Of a stretch of 64,000 nucleotides of DNA, positions 1-10,211 are shown one piece after another. The position numbers and the translations under genes are program-made. Each line of letters opens with the position of its first letter. The stretch's first letter is position 1. Source of the DNA: Chitinophagales bacterium (GTDB taxonomy: Bacteria; Bacteroidota; Bacteroidia; Chitinophagales; UBA10324); the NCBI GenBank assembly GCA_035638255.1, contig DASRAJ010000029.1, forward strand, positions 54,232 through 118,231, written 5' to 3'. Below the pieces are notes generated by a model. That model had not been told where the DNA came from and ran no database searches. It was given only the letters and a program-made list of their open reading frames with translations.

Positions 1-2
1 AA

Positions 3-224
3 AAAATTTTCGTTGACGGAGGATTTGCAAATAATTCTATCTACATGCAACTGCTGGCAGCGAGTTTTCCTGAAATAGAAATATATGCAGCATCTGTTGC
101 GCAGGCGACGGCTATGGGTGCCGCCCTCGCTATTCACAAGGAATGGAACCCGCTTGCTTTTCCTTCTGAATTGGTGAAACTTAAACAGTATAAGGCAGGA
201 GATATTTTGGATACAGTTGCATAA
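3..224 (+). CDS. C-terminal end of an FGGY-family carbohydrate kinase (5' end outside window)
   Basis: Frame 3 is open from the window edge to TAA at 222-224. The translation ...VDGGFANNSIYMQLLAASFPEIEIYAASVAQATAMGAALAIH... resembles the conserved C-terminal segment of FGGY sugar kinases. It is truncated, so it is absent from the ORF track. Confidence 0.45.
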   Translation, partial: KIFVDGGFANNSIYMQLLAASFPEIEIYAASVAQATAMGAALAIHKEWNPLAFPSELVKLKQYKAGDILDTVA

Positions 225-263
225 TCAGGCAATGCGGAACATCATTTTTATTTCAGCAGGCTA

Positions 264-842
264 TTGCAACTATTAAAATCCTTAACTACGTTTACATGCT
301 CAACTCAAATGCATGACCACACGTGCTGCCCATTAATCATCCCAAAAATCATAACAATGAAACTTACTGTCAACTGTAGATTTACTCAACTTATATCATT
401 ACTGATTCTTTTTGTTCTTCCTGAAATTGGAATGAGCCAGGATCAGGATATTGATTCCTGTACATCTGCAGAGGTTGTGGATGTGGATCATCAGAAGGCA
501 ATGGATTTTTATTTTAAGCACAACATAAATATTTCCGCGTATGACTGGTCAAACACAAATGTGAATTGTCATATAGCCCTTGGGTATAAGAGTAATGCTC
601 AAAAAAATATGCTGCTTCGTTCAGGAATTGCAACCCTGTGCCTGGGTGCAATCGTCTTAGGATCGGGAATGGTTTGGGGTGTCACTGCAGATCCTGAAAA
701 AAAACTTGATGGCTCGGATGCTACAACTATTATTGGCGCAGGAATATGCGCATGTGGCGTAGTACTTTGGCACCTGAGCTGGAAGCCCAAATGGGAAAGC
801 AAATATCACATTCGGGAAGTGAATTATTATTTCAGCGAATGA
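264..842 (+). CDS. hypothetical membrane-anchored protein
   Basis: 192-aa ORF with hydrophobic segments (LISLLILFVLPEIG; GIATLCLGAIVLGSGMVWGV; IIGAGICACGVVLW). I recognise no family motif. The start is uncertain; an internal ATG at 358 is plausible. Confidence 0.3.
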   Translation: MQLLKSLTTFTCSTQMHDHTCCPLIIPKIITMKLTVNCRFTQLISLLILFVLPEIGMSQDQDIDSCTSAEVVDVDHQKAMDFYFKHNINISAYDWSNTNVNCHIALGYKSNAQKNMLLRSGIATLCLGAIVLGSGMVWGVTADPEKKLDGSDATTIIGAGICACGVVLWHLSWKPKWESKYHIREVNYYFSE

Positions 843-907
843 ACCCCGCGGTCCGGTGAATAATCACATACATACTTCATCCTCCTAACCTGGACAAACA
901 TGAACTT

Positions 908-933
908 TGTCATCCCGATTGATCGGGACAAAG
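908..933. repeat. short palindromic element tgtcatcccgat-tg-atcgggacaaag
   Basis: Arms tcccgat/atcggga are complementary. A near-identical copy in inverted orientation lies at 19,929-19,952 (tttgtcccgattgatcgggatgga). Confidence 0.6.
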
Positions 934-943
934 TTCCGGGTTT

Positions 944-1123
944 GATGTAGCTGGAAAAGAAATTACTGCGCTGCTGAATGAGGATATGGAACCGGGAGAA
1001 CATTCAGTGATGCTCAACACCGATAAGCTTTTTATAGTAGCTTGCCTTTTAAAAGTGATTGTCAGTAAGGACTCCTGCGGAGTTGATTTTCAAATAGCAA
1101 ACCGGGAACTAATTGTGGAGTAG
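944..1123 (+). pseudogene. remnant of a T9SS C-terminal sorting domain (CTD) coding sequence
   Basis: The in-frame translation DVAGKEITALLNEDMEPGEHSVMLNTDKL... matches the typical pattern of type A T9SS sorting domains (Y/D-x-x-G-K-E-V-x-x-L-x-N-E-x-x-x-x-G-x-H/Y-x-V). A stop codon sits immediately upstream and no N-terminal body is present. Confidence 0.4.
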
Positions 1124-1222
1124 CGAGTTGAATACCGGTGATAAATGTGCCCCCCATTGGCGAGTCTGGCTCGCGCACAAATAGCCGCGCTAAGACGCCA
1201 GTGTTGGACAAAATTAATTTCC

Positions 1223-2308
1223 TCAACTCAACTGCAGCGAGTGCAACTCTACATCTCTTTCTTTTCCCTTCAGATGAATACGACCGGCTGATTTGGTTTG
1301 GTAGTTCGATGCAGGCGGGAAGCTTCGCAGCAGCTCACTTGAAATGAGCAATTCACTTCCCAGTTCTTTACACATCCCTTGTATACGCGACGTTGTATTC
1401 ATTACATCGCCGGAGTAACTGATGTCGCGCTTAATGATTCCTATTTCACCAACTACCACTTTACCGCAATGAATGCCGCCTTTAAATTCCGGCACTATGC
1501 CGAATTTATTCTTGTATTTCTCCTGGCGTTCTTCTATCTCCTTCTTCATGTTGAAAAAACACTGCACGCAATGGAGATCTTTTTCATTGCCATAATATGT
1601 CCAGGCAATAATCAATCCGTCACCGAGGTATTGGTAGATCTCACCACTATGATCGAGTATGGAAGTAGTGATGTCGGCAAAAAAGTTTTTCAGGAATTCA
1701 TGATAACGTTCATCACTCAGCCTCTCGGCAAGTGTGGTGGAATCATTCAGATCAACGAACATGAAAATCCTGTTTTCAGTTTTCGACCCATTGTAGGTGC
1801 CGCGAATAATTTTCCAGAGCACTCCAGGCCCAAACTTACTGGAGATTTGCAGCAATAATTGTTGCAGAGCCACAAGTGGAATAATAATTAAGAAGATGGG
1901 ATTGACTCTGTGAAAAAATAATTCTTTAAACATCTTTATCGAATCAGGATGTGTAACGGGCTTGCCTGTAAGCCGGGACGCATAAAAAAGCACTCCAAAA
2001 AAACTTAAAATGAAAACTGCCCCCAGCACTAAAGCAAGCAGCGTGAGCACAGTATAGCCATATGATTTTTCGCTGAAGCGATCCTGGATATAATATACCA
2101 TAAAAGCGCCAATCAATGCCCCCGACAGAAGTCCAAAAAGGCCACTGAACACAACGTATTCCCAGAACACAAACACCGGCGCCAGCTTCTCAACTATAGG
2201 AGTATGGACAAGAAAATAATCATAGAAGCTCATTAGCAACCCAACGAGCGTGGTGGAAATAATTATCGTAAACCATTGCCTTAATCTTATTGCGCGGGTG
2301 CCTTTCAT
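1223..2308 (-). CDS. membrane-bound class III adenylate/guanylate cyclase
   Basis: 361 aa. The N-terminal half has about 5-6 hydrophobic helices. The C-terminal half carries IFMFVDLNDSTTLAERL...GDGLIIAW...GIHCGKVVVGEIG...YSGDVMNTTSRIQ, the class III cyclase catalytic-domain pattern. Confidence 0.8.
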   Translation of the reverse strand: MKGTRAIRLRQWFTIIISTTLVGLLMSFYDYFLVHTPIVEKLAPVFVFWEYVVFSGLFGLLSGALIGAFMVYYIQDRFSEKSYGYTVLTLLALVLGAVFILSFFGVLFYASRLTGKPVTHPDSIKMFKELFFHRVNPIFLIIIPLVALQQLLLQISSKFGPGVLWKIIRGTYNGSKTENRIFMFVDLNDSTTLAERLSDERYHEFLKNFFADITTSILDHSGEIYQYLGDGLIIAWTYYGNEKDLHCVQCFFNMKKEIEERQEKYKNKFGIVPEFKGGIHCGKVVVGEIGIIKRDISYSGDVMNTTSRIQGMCKELGSELLISSELLRSFPPASNYQTKSAGRIHLKGKERDVELHSLQLS

Positions 2309-2531
2309 GAGTTTGGGGGAACGAAAGTTCGGATAAATTTTTATACCCCCGCCTGTCTCCCTTCCGAAGGTTGGGGGCGGAAGTTCAAGCGTAAATCTAC
2401 TTATATTGCTACCATTTCACGGTTACTCTCGCATTCCCCCGTTTTTGCAATCCTTATCTAACTCACACTCAGGATCAATCCCGGCAAACAAGATTTGCTC
2501 TGCTTCGCAACTAAAATTCAACTGACTACAT

Positions 2532-5500
2532 TTGTTTGCCATGCACAAACATCTCATCATACTTCTCTTTGTCATTTTAAGCACAATCAAAGCATCCGCG
2601 CAAACCATTGATTCCACTTATTTCAACTGCATAAAGTGGCGCATGATTGGCCCGCATCGCGGAGGAAGAACTGTTGGCGCCTGTGGCGTGGTGCAGGAAC
2701 CGAATACTTTTTACATCGGTGTAAATAATGGAGGCGTGTGGAAGACCACTGATTACGGACGAACGTGGAACCCCATTTTCGATGAACAATCCACCGGCTC
2801 CATTGGTGATGTGGAAGTTGCTCCTTCAAACCCCAATGTCATTTATGTTGGAACAGGCGAAGGGCTTCATCGCCCCGATCTCTCCGTCGGAAACGGAATT
2901 TATAAATCCGCTGATGCCGGAAAAACATGGACGCATTGCTGGGTGAGTGAGAATCAGCAAATCGGGAAACTCGCTGTTGATCCCACCAATGAGAACCGTG
3001 TGTTCGCTGCTGTGCTTGGTCATCCCTATGCGGCGAGTAAGGAGCGCGGCGTGTATCGCACACTCGATGGCGGCAAAACATGGACACAGGTTTTCTTCAT
3101 TGACGAAAACACCGGGGCCATACAGGTAGAGATTGACCCTGCCAATCCGCAAATTATTTTTGCAGATCTGTGGCAATCGCAATTAGGTCCATGGGAAAAC
3201 AGTCAGTGGAACGGCCCGAACAGTGGCTTATATAAATCAACTGACGGAGGAAACACCTGGAAGAAAATTACTGCAGGCTTGCCCACGTTCGAACAGGGAC
3301 TCAGCAGAATCGGTTTTTGCGTTGCACCCTCTGACCACAACCGCATGTATGCAACGGTAGCGGCGAATGATAGTGTTGCAGGAATCTATCGCAGCAACGA
3401 TGCCGGTGAATCGTGGACTCGCATGAGTGGCGACGGAAGATTATGGGGGCGTGGTGATGATTTCGGGGAAGTGAAAACAGATCCGCTCAATGCCAATATT
3501 GTTTATGATGCAAATGTTGTCTGCTGGAAATCTGTTGACGGCGCAAAAACATGGACGGCCTTTCGCGGCGCACCCGGCGGTGATGATTCGCACCGCTTCT
3601 GGATCAACCCGCTTCATCCCGAAATTATTTTACTCGCCGGCGACCAGGGCGCTATCATCACGGTGAATGGCGGACAAAGCTGGAGCTCCTGGTACAATCA
3701 ACCCACCGCACAGTTTTATCATGTGAGCACCGACAATGATTTTCCCTATAATGTTTATGGCGGGCAGCAGGAGAGTGGCTCGGTCGGAATTGCCTCACGT
3801 GGTAACGATGGTGCTATCACTTTTCGCGAATGGCATCCGGTGGCCGCTGAAGAATGGGGATATGTTGCCGCCGACCCGCTCGACCCGAATATTATTTATG
3901 GGGGAAAGCTTAGTCGCTACAATAAACTCACGGGACAAGTGCAACAAATTGCTCCTGATCCATTAGGCATTCATCACTACCGATTCATTCGCACCGCGCC
4001 TGTTTTATTTTCTCCGCTCAATCCACGGCTATTGTTCTACGCTGGTAATGTATTGTTCAAAACTTATGATGGTGGCTTCTCCTGGAAAGTTATCAGCCCG
4101 GATTTAACGCGAACGAAGTACGATGTTTCGCAAACCATTGGAGTGTATCGCACGGATTCGATGAACACAATGCATCAGCGCGGAGTCATTTATACGGTTG
4201 CGCCTTCACCACTCGACAGCAACACCATCTGGATTGGAACTGATGATGGGCTCATACAGGTAACGCGCGATGGGGGCGCATCGTGGACGAACATCACTCC
4301 GCCTGAAATTAATTCGTGGAGTAAAATCTCAATGATGGAAGCGAGTCACTTTGATTTAAACACGGCTTATGCTGCTGTCAACAGAATTCGTCTCGATGAT
4401 TTGCATCCGCACATTTACAAAACCACCGACGGCGGAAAAACCTGGAAAGAAATTGTCACCGGGCTGCCCAACGATCCCGTTAACTCTGTGCGTGAAGATC
4501 CTGTGCGAAAAGGTTTATTGTTCGCCGGTACTGAACGACAAGTTTGCTTTTCATTAGACGATGGTGCACATTGGCAATCGCTGCGGCTCAACATGCCATG
4601 CTCTTCCATTCGTGATTTAGTGATTAAGGACAACGACATCGTGGTAGGAACTCATGGTCGCTCGTTCTGGATTCTCGATGATATTACGCCATTGCGTCAG
4701 CTCACTCTTGAATCTCTTTCACAGCAAACAATATTGTTTGCACCCGCACCTGCGTATCGTGTTCGATGGGACATGTGGCCCGATACACCGCTGCCGCAGG
4801 AAGAACCTGCAGGAGAAAATCCTCCTGACGGCGCGATCATTGATTATTACCTGAAAGCAAAAGTTGATTCTGTTTCACTCGACATTTTGGATGTTGCAGG
4901 AATAACGGTTCGTCATTACAGCAGCAGCGACACACTCTACATAGTCGGCGATGTAAATATTCCGCTCTACTGGATTCGTCCGCAACAAATTCTTTCTAAC
5001 GAACCCGGCTCGCATCGTTTTGTGTGGGACCTTCATTACCAGCCGCTGAATGTTCCACCATCGTACCCCATCGCTGCCATCTATGGAAACACCGCACCTG
5101 ATTACACTTCGCCGTGGGTGATGCCGGGCACTTATACGGTGCGCTTAACAGTTGGCTATACAACCTTTTCGCAACCACTCGTGATAAAGATGGATCCGCG
5201 TGTAACTGCTACGAATGATGATTTGAGGCGGCAGTATGTTATCTCGGCTGTTTGGTACAATGACCTCATAGGAATTCTAAAAGTTCAGAAACAAATTGCT
5301 TCACTCCATTCACAAATCACAGCATTGCTTGCCAACCATAAGAATAAACGGATGCTGAGTGCACTGACCAAATTCTCTTTGCAGCTCGACTCTCTTACTT
5401 CCTATAGATCCGGTAGTAATGCAGAAACTTTGAGTTCACTCTATAATAAACTCGAAACAGAATTCAACATATTGCAGGGCGCAGATGTGGCACCCTCCGC

Positions 5501-5651
5501 ACAATGCAACCTTGCAGTAGATCCACTGTCCATATCTTACTTGTCGTTGTGGAAGAAGTGGCAACTAGCAATGGAGAGAGTAAAAATGCTTAATGAGCAA
5601 TTGAAGTTAAAAGGGTGGAAGGAATTGGTTACTGTGGACATGAAGTATTGA
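2532..5651 (+). CDS. secreted BNR/Sortilin-VPS10-type beta-propeller repeat protein (glycoside-hydrolase-like)
   Basis: 1039 aa with a signal peptide (ILLFVILSTIKASAQ). S/T-x-D-x-G-x-T-W (BNR/Asp-box) units recur: TTDYGRTW, SADAGKTW, TLDGGKTW, STDGGNTW, SVDGAKTW, TVNGGQSW, TYDGGFSW, TRDGGASW, TTDGGKTW, SLDDGAHW. Confidence 0.75.
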   Translation: MFAMHKHLIILLFVILSTIKASAQTIDSTYFNCIKWRMIGPHRGGRTVGACGVVQEPNTFYIGVNNGGVWKTTDYGRTWNPIFDEQSTGSIGDVEVAPSNPNVIYVGTGEGLHRPDLSVGNGIYKSADAGKTWTHCWVSENQQIGKLAVDPTNENRVFAAVLGHPYAASKERGVYRTLDGGKTWTQVFFIDENTGAIQVEIDPANPQIIFADLWQSQLGPWENSQWNGPNSGLYKSTDGGNTWKKITAGLPTFEQGLSRIGFCVAPSDHNRMYATVAANDSVAGIYRSNDAGESWTRMSGDGRLWGRGDDFGEVKTDPLNANIVYDANVVCWKSVDGAKTWTAFRGAPGGDDSHRFWINPLHPEIILLAGDQGAIITVNGGQSWSSWYNQPTAQFYHVSTDNDFPYNVYGGQQESGSVGIASRGNDGAITFREWHPVAAEEWGYVAADPLDPNIIYGGKLSRYNKLTGQVQQIAPDPLGIHHYRFIRTAPVLFSPLNPRLLFYAGNVLFKTYDGGFSWKVISPDLTRTKYDVSQTIGVYRTDSMNTMHQRGVIYTVAPSPLDSNTIWIGTDDGLIQVTRDGGASWTNITPPEINSWSKISMMEASHFDLNTAYAAVNRIRLDDLHPHIYKTTDGGKTWKEIVTGLPNDPVNSVREDPVRKGLLFAGTERQVCFSLDDGAHWQSLRLNMPCSSIRDLVIKDNDIVVGTHGRSFWILDDITPLRQLTLESLSQQTILFAPAPAYRVRWDMWPDTPLPQEEPAGENPPDGAIIDYYLKAKVDSVSLDILDVAGITVRHYSSSDTLYIVGDVNIPLYWIRPQQILSNEPGSHRFVWDLHYQPLNVPPSYPIAAIYGNTAPDYTSPWVMPGTYTVRLTVGYTTFSQPLVIKMDPRVTATNDDLRRQYVISAVWYNDLIGILKVQKQIASLHSQITALLANHKNKRMLSALTKFSLQLDSLTSYRSGSNAETLSSLYNKLETEFNILQGADVAPSAQCNLAVDPLSISYLSLWKKWQLAMERVKMLNEQLKLKGWKELVTVDMKY

Positions 5652-5693
5652 TTAGGTTTGTTGGGAAAATGAAACTAAAATTGAATAATCATC

Positions 5694-5897
5694 ATGAAGA
5701 ACAAAACATCAGAAAAATTAAGGGATGGCGACCATTGTGAAGTAGTCGGGGGAACACATGCCGGAAAATCCGGTACGGTGAGAGATGTACACACCAGCAA
5801 GACAGGTCATATTACGATCACCGTTGAACAAAAAAACGGAGTTCGATTCAAAACTCTGGGCAAGAATGTGGTTGTTCAGACAAACGGCAGGGAATAA
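5694..5897 (+). CDS. small hypothetical protein (KOW-like motif)
   Basis: 67-aa ORF. GDHCEVVGGTHAGKSGTVRDV resembles a KOW-type G-x-x-x-G-K-x-G-x-V segment. Weak evidence. Confidence 0.3.
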   Translation: MKNKTSEKLRDGDHCEVVGGTHAGKSGTVRDVHTSKTGHITITVEQKNGVRFKTLGKNVVVQTNGRE

Positions 5898-5942
5898 AAT
5901 ATTCTATTCTTATAAGCATTCGCAAAGACCAACAGCGACAAT

Positions 5943-6305
5943 ATGAAACATAAAGCTAAATCAATACGACCATTCATCGGAGCTAAAAACTATGAACTGT
6001 CAAGGAGTTTTTACAGTGACCTGGGTTTTCAGGAAAGTGTCTTAACTCCTGATATGTCCTATTTCAAAACAGAGGGAATAGGATTTTATTTACAAGATGC
6101 TTATGTCCGGGATTGGATAGACAATACAATGATTTTTTTGGAAGTGGATGATGTTGGTCGTTATTGGAACGAACTTTTGGCTTTAGACCTCACAACTAAA
6201 TATAAAGGCGTTAAGCTAACCCCAATCAGAGTAAATGATTGGGGCAGAGAGTGTTTTTTGCATGACCCTTCCGGAATACTCTGGCATTTCGGAGAATTCA
6301 ATTGA
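5943..6305 (+). CDS. VOC/glyoxalase-bleomycin-resistance family protein
   Basis: 120 aa. The N-terminal beta-alpha-beta-beta-beta pattern (FIGAKNYELSRSFYSDLGF) and C-terminal FLHDPSGILWHFGE are typical of VOC-fold proteins. Confidence 0.65.
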   Translation: MKHKAKSIRPFIGAKNYELSRSFYSDLGFQESVLTPDMSYFKTEGIGFYLQDAYVRDWIDNTMIFLEVDDVGRYWNELLALDLTTKYKGVKLTPIRVNDWGRECFLHDPSGILWHFGEFN

Positions 6306-6563
6306 ATAATTGACATAGGAGAATTTGAAAAGATATCGCTATGTATATAAATCTCTTTGACAAACTGCTTGCGAACTTCATACTAACGAACTCCGAACGA
6401 ACAATAGCAGCTAACTTACTGGCGTGAAGCCAGAAAAGTAAACATCAGCGGCAGCACATATGAATTGTGAAAGATAAATTCAATTGCACCACCGGCATAT
6501 TTATCCCACAGTCATTTACAGCGTAAAAAGAGATTTGTTAGTAAGAGAACCACCAAGGCAATA

Positions 6564-8153
6564 ATGAAATTAACAAAGTGGACAATATTAATTCCGGCCC
6601 TGTTAACTTCTATCCATGCCCATGCCCAGGATACAACATCAATATATTTTGAATTTGCGAGTTCGAAAATTCCTGATAGCCAATTAGAAGCTTTAAATTC
6701 TATTCCGACAAAATATAATCTTGCCGACCTCGACTCGGTTCACTTCATTGGAATGGCTGATTCTGTGGGCGATCTTAAATCAAACTTTAAACTCTCTGAA
6801 AAACGAGCAAATCATATTGCCAAATATTGTGAACGTCTGATTCCTGACAACATAACCTATAAAATTACATTCCTCGGAGAAAGAACTGACAGGGATAGGA
6901 GTAAAAGCAGGCGGGTAGATATCATCTTCTATTTTCAACCAGCACAATCGGAAGAACCTGAGCAAAAAGAGGCCTTTAAAACAAAAGATGCTTGCTTTAA
7001 TATTGATTATTTCCTCCTTCACCGCTGTCATGTAAGGACAATAACAAAACGAAATACAGAATTTGTCGTCATTGAAACAACCTTACCTGACTTAAAAAAG
7101 AAGAGTGAGCACTATTACGGTTCAAGAACAAAGAATGGCGATTTTGTCACTATAAAGATAAAGTGGTCTTCAAAAAAAACAGGAAACTTATGGTGGTCTG
7201 AGACAAGATACGTAGCCACCATTCCGAAAAAAGATTTTGACACCTACAAGATTTTTACAATTAAAATTCCACCCTGTGATTCCTGCAGTGAAAATTTCCA
7301 AAATGCTCCTAAAATTTCAAATGAAGACACGTGTATACAATTGGATAGATTTTTAATGGAGAACATTCAATTCAAAAGCATCCTCTTTAACAAGCGTTGG
7401 GTTAAAATCAGATCGCCAAGAGAGTATGTATATCTTGATGACCGCTATTATATAGGCTATTATATTGGCTGTGGCCTTGACTATCAACTCAGCTGGGAAA
7501 CTAAAAAGGGAAAAAAGCATCAGAACTATTACTACTCAAAACTCCCTGTATACTTTGACCGCATCGCGAATATAATCAGGGTAATGGACTGCTGTAAATT
7601 TAATGCCGAGCCTTCCGAATGTGATAGTGCCATAATTTTCTGCAGATATTTAGGAGAAATTGACAGGTCCTTTATTCTGATTGCAGAACTCGGAAGCCAC
7701 TATCAGCAAAATAAAATTTCACCCTACGCAGGGTTGGGAATTAGTAAAGCCGGATATTTCAGCGAGGTTCGTTTTCTTGCCGGAACAGATATTGATCTCA
7801 GTTTCTATAGCTCCTTTAGATATCAATATAATTTTCTATCCTTTCCGTTCAGCTTCCTGAATCCGGCTTCCACCTGGCAAAAGCCAACCAGCCAGCGATT
7901 GATACACAGATACGGGCGGCTCTATTTTGGAAGTGAACTTAAGGCGAGAATTAATAAAACCAGGCAGGACCACCTTGAACAAAATGTTCATATAGGAATA
8001 TCAGCAATAAATACTAATAGCAATGCTTTTATAACCAGAATTTTTCTTCAATACGGCCTTGGAATTGACTATTTGGGCAACACTTCACCAAGAATATATT
8101 CGATTTTCCAATTAGGAATGGACATGAAAATACTAAGATTGAAGATTGAATAG
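6564..8153 (+). CDS. secreted protein with OmpA-like segment and probable beta-barrel C-terminal half
   Basis: 529 aa with a signal peptide (ALLTSIHAHAQ). FEFASSKIP...FIGMADSVGDLKSNFKLSEKRANHIAKY...RRVDIIF resembles the OmpA/MotB peptidoglycan-binding pattern. The C-terminal part is rich in alternating aromatic residues. Confidence 0.45.
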   Translation: MKLTKWTILIPALLTSIHAHAQDTTSIYFEFASSKIPDSQLEALNSIPTKYNLADLDSVHFIGMADSVGDLKSNFKLSEKRANHIAKYCERLIPDNITYKITFLGERTDRDRSKSRRVDIIFYFQPAQSEEPEQKEAFKTKDACFNIDYFLLHRCHVRTITKRNTEFVVIETTLPDLKKKSEHYYGSRTKNGDFVTIKIKWSSKKTGNLWWSETRYVATIPKKDFDTYKIFTIKIPPCDSCSENFQNAPKISNEDTCIQLDRFLMENIQFKSILFNKRWVKIRSPREYVYLDDRYYIGYYIGCGLDYQLSWETKKGKKHQNYYYSKLPVYFDRIANIIRVMDCCKFNAEPSECDSAIIFCRYLGEIDRSFILIAELGSHYQQNKISPYAGLGISKAGYFSEVRFLAGTDIDLSFYSSFRYQYNFLSFPFSFLNPASTWQKPTSQRLIHRYGRLYFGSELKARINKTRQDHLEQNVHIGISAINTNSNAFITRIFLQYGLGIDYLGNTSPRIYSIFQLGMDMKILRLKIE

Positions 8154-8348
8154 TGAATATTAGTGCGCTTGTGGATTTTAAACCGCTCGTTGGCAAGTCA
8201 TATCGTAATTACACTTCAAAGCCAGGCTTATATCCTCGATGTGTCCTTATGCAGCCAGGCGACTTACCAGATCATACCGAATTTGAGGATTGAACTATAA
8301 CCTATCTCGATTTTCTGAGAGAACCGTGAATCGAATTTTCTAAACTAA

Positions 8349-8378
8349 AAAGCCCTGCTGATTTCTCAGAAGGGCTTT
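8349..8378 (-). terminator. hairpin terminator downstream of the gldJ-like gene
   Basis: aaagccctgctga-tttc-tcagaagggcttt: 12 of 13 stem positions pair around a 4-nt loop. It lies 26 nt past the stop at 8404. Confidence 0.55.
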
Positions 8379-8403
8379 CGCATATCGTTCAGCTAAAAGG
8401 CTC

Positions 8404-9939
8404 TTACGGTTTTTTCCTCTTGTAAACAGGAACTTTTTTTGGCGGGAAATTTCCTGCCTGCTCAAAATTACCTAATGGGCTGCCGAGGCGAGCCATTGCG
8501 CAGCGGAAGCCAATGGTAGCTGTGCTTTGATTTTCGTCGAGGAAGCGACGTGTACCGGGAACAAGATAGTACGCACGGTCATTCCATGAGCCACCCTTAT
8601 ACACTCGTGCTTTGTCATTAATAAGGGTACCGGTTCCGTAGTTGTAACTAATCCATGAAGCTGTATCCCCATCGAGGAAGTTGATGACATCACTGCGGCG
8701 ATAGTTCAGGCGGTTCACATTTTCAGCTACCGAAACAGGAATCTGCACCACTCTTCCCAATGAATCTTTGTCCACGTGATAGTTTTCTTCATCCAGGCTA
8801 TCTTTCATAAACACGTTGCCGCGGAAGCCATTGAAGTCAACTTCATCATACGGTGTGTAAGGACGATACACGTCCATTACCCATTCACTCACGTTGCCTG
8901 CCATATTGTAAAGTCCGTATTCGTTTGGAAGGAATGAAAACACAGGCGCAGGAATGTCTGCTGCATCATTAAGTCCTCCAGCAATACCCATCATGTCACC
9001 GGCGCCGCGCTTATAATTTGCAAGAAAATCACCCTGCCAATCGCCATGCCTCGGATCGCGCATATGACTGCTCAGCCAAGGATAGTATTTGCGGTCAGTT
9101 TCTATTTCTTCGTCTTTATAAGGATTTGTACCAATCAATGCAAGTGCGGCATACTCCCATTCAGATTCTGTCGGAAGGCGATATTCAGGCAGCATAATTC
9201 CATCTTCCATCCTCACCTTTCGCTCACCTTGTCCGGTAGGATTATAGTCATGGAGGTTTCTTCTTACGGCACCTTCATACTGACCAACCAAATAGGAGCG
9301 TGTATTGAAGTTATCTTCATCAGTCTGGCTGTTATTGTTGAGCATGATGCCCTCTTTGATCATGATCATTTCATTCACCCGATCAGTTCTCCAGGCAGCA
9401 TATTGTGTTGCCTGTACCCAACTTACTCCCACCACAGGATAATAGTTGTAAGCCGGATGGCGGAAATAGTATTCAACGTAAGGTTCGTTGTATGCCAATT
9501 CATCGCGCCACACCAGAGAATCCGGAAGCGCTTTGTGAACTACTTCAGGAAAATCAGAACCAAAAACACGCTCGAGCCAGTAAAGGTATTCGCGGTAGTG
9601 CGCGTTTGCCACTTCCGTTTGATCCATGTAGAAGGATGCCACTGTTACTTTGCGCGGAACATTATCGTAATCATAGGTAACATTCTGTTCCGTGTTACCC
9701 ATTACGTAGGAGCCGCCTTGAACGAGAACCAGGTTAGGCCCCGTTTCCTGCCCTGCATAATTATGCACTTCAAAACCGCCCCACTTGGTATCATTGTTCT
9801 TCCAGCCGGTAGCGAGTGAATTATTTTTTCCGCTGTTGCAAGAAGTGAGGGCCGCACTAATGCCAAGGACGCTGACGAGCAATATCCCTTTAGTCACATT
9901 TGATTTCAGCATGGCTGATAAAATTTGTTTGAGAAACAA
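8404..9939 (-). CDS. gldJ: gliding-motility lipoprotein GldJ-like (SUMF1/FGE-sulfatase-fold domain)
   Basis: 511 aa with a lipoprotein signal (AALTSCNSG). SUMF1-type segments are present (GGSYVMGN..., YPWL..., NEYGLYNMAGNVSEWVMD, RVYKGGSWND, GFRC). It sits beside the porP/sprF-porU-porV genes. Confidence 0.6.
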   Translation of the reverse strand: MFLKQILSAMLKSNVTKGILLVSVLGISAALTSCNSGKNNSLATGWKNNDTKWGGFEVHNYAGQETGPNLVLVQGGSYVMGNTEQNVTYDYDNVPRKVTVASFYMDQTEVANAHYREYLYWLERVFGSDFPEVVHKALPDSLVWRDELAYNEPYVEYYFRHPAYNYYPVVGVSWVQATQYAAWRTDRVNEMIMIKEGIMLNNNSQTDEDNFNTRSYLVGQYEGAVRRNLHDYNPTGQGERKVRMEDGIMLPEYRLPTESEWEYAALALIGTNPYKDEEIETDRKYYPWLSSHMRDPRHGDWQGDFLANYKRGAGDMMGIAGGLNDAADIPAPVFSFLPNEYGLYNMAGNVSEWVMDVYRPYTPYDEVDFNGFRGNVFMKDSLDEENYHVDKDSLGRVVQIPVSVAENVNRLNYRRSDVINFLDGDTASWISYNYGTGTLINDKARVYKGGSWNDRAYYLVPGTRRFLDENQSTATIGFRCAMARLGSPLGNFEQAGNFPPKKVPVYKRKKP

Positions 9940-9974
9940 GTAAACGCAAATGTAGAAGATTTATTTCAATGGAT

Positions 9975-10205
9975 GGTTAAAGACGAAAATTCCAAAACCC
10001 GAACTTCAAATAAATTTCAAGACCCAAGACCCAAATCTCAAATAAATTCCAAAATTCAAATTCCAAACTTCTCACTGAGTCCTGCATACAAATAAATTTC
10101 AAAACACAAATTTCAAATGATCGGCTTTTGGAACTTCATTTTTTTCCTTTGAGATTATTTGTGATTTGGAATTTGGAACTTGGATTTTGAAATGTAAAGC
10201 CGATC
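9975..10205. repeat. A/T-rich intergenic repeat cluster of CAAAT/TTCCAAA-type units with inverted arms
   Basis: Forward units aaattccaaaattcaaattccaaa (10,044-10,067) face inverted units gatttggaatttggaacttggattttgaaat (10,163-10,193). There is also a perfect 10-bp inverted pair, gatcggcttt (10,119-10,128) / aaagccgatc (10,196-10,205). Related units occur at 17,056-17,095 and 19,828-19,975. Confidence 0.65.
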
Positions 10206-10211
10206 CTTATT

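Noticed and set aside
9046-9819. 257-aa plus-strand ORF (and 9405..9680) inside the gldJ-like gene. Similar antisense or overlapping ORFs occur inside the cyclase (1379..1858), the M13 peptidase (19192..19704), porU, the recombinase (28521..28919) and the HerA-like gene (32095..32481), among others.
   Set aside because: They lie entirely within longer ORFs that carry clear family motifs on the other strand or frame. They have odd composition and no motifs, so they are typical shadow ORFs.
9975-10205. CRISPR array.
   Set aside because: The repeat units are about 8-12 nt, irregularly spaced and partly inverted. There are no 25-40-nt direct repeats with unique spacers anywhere in the window, and no cas genes.
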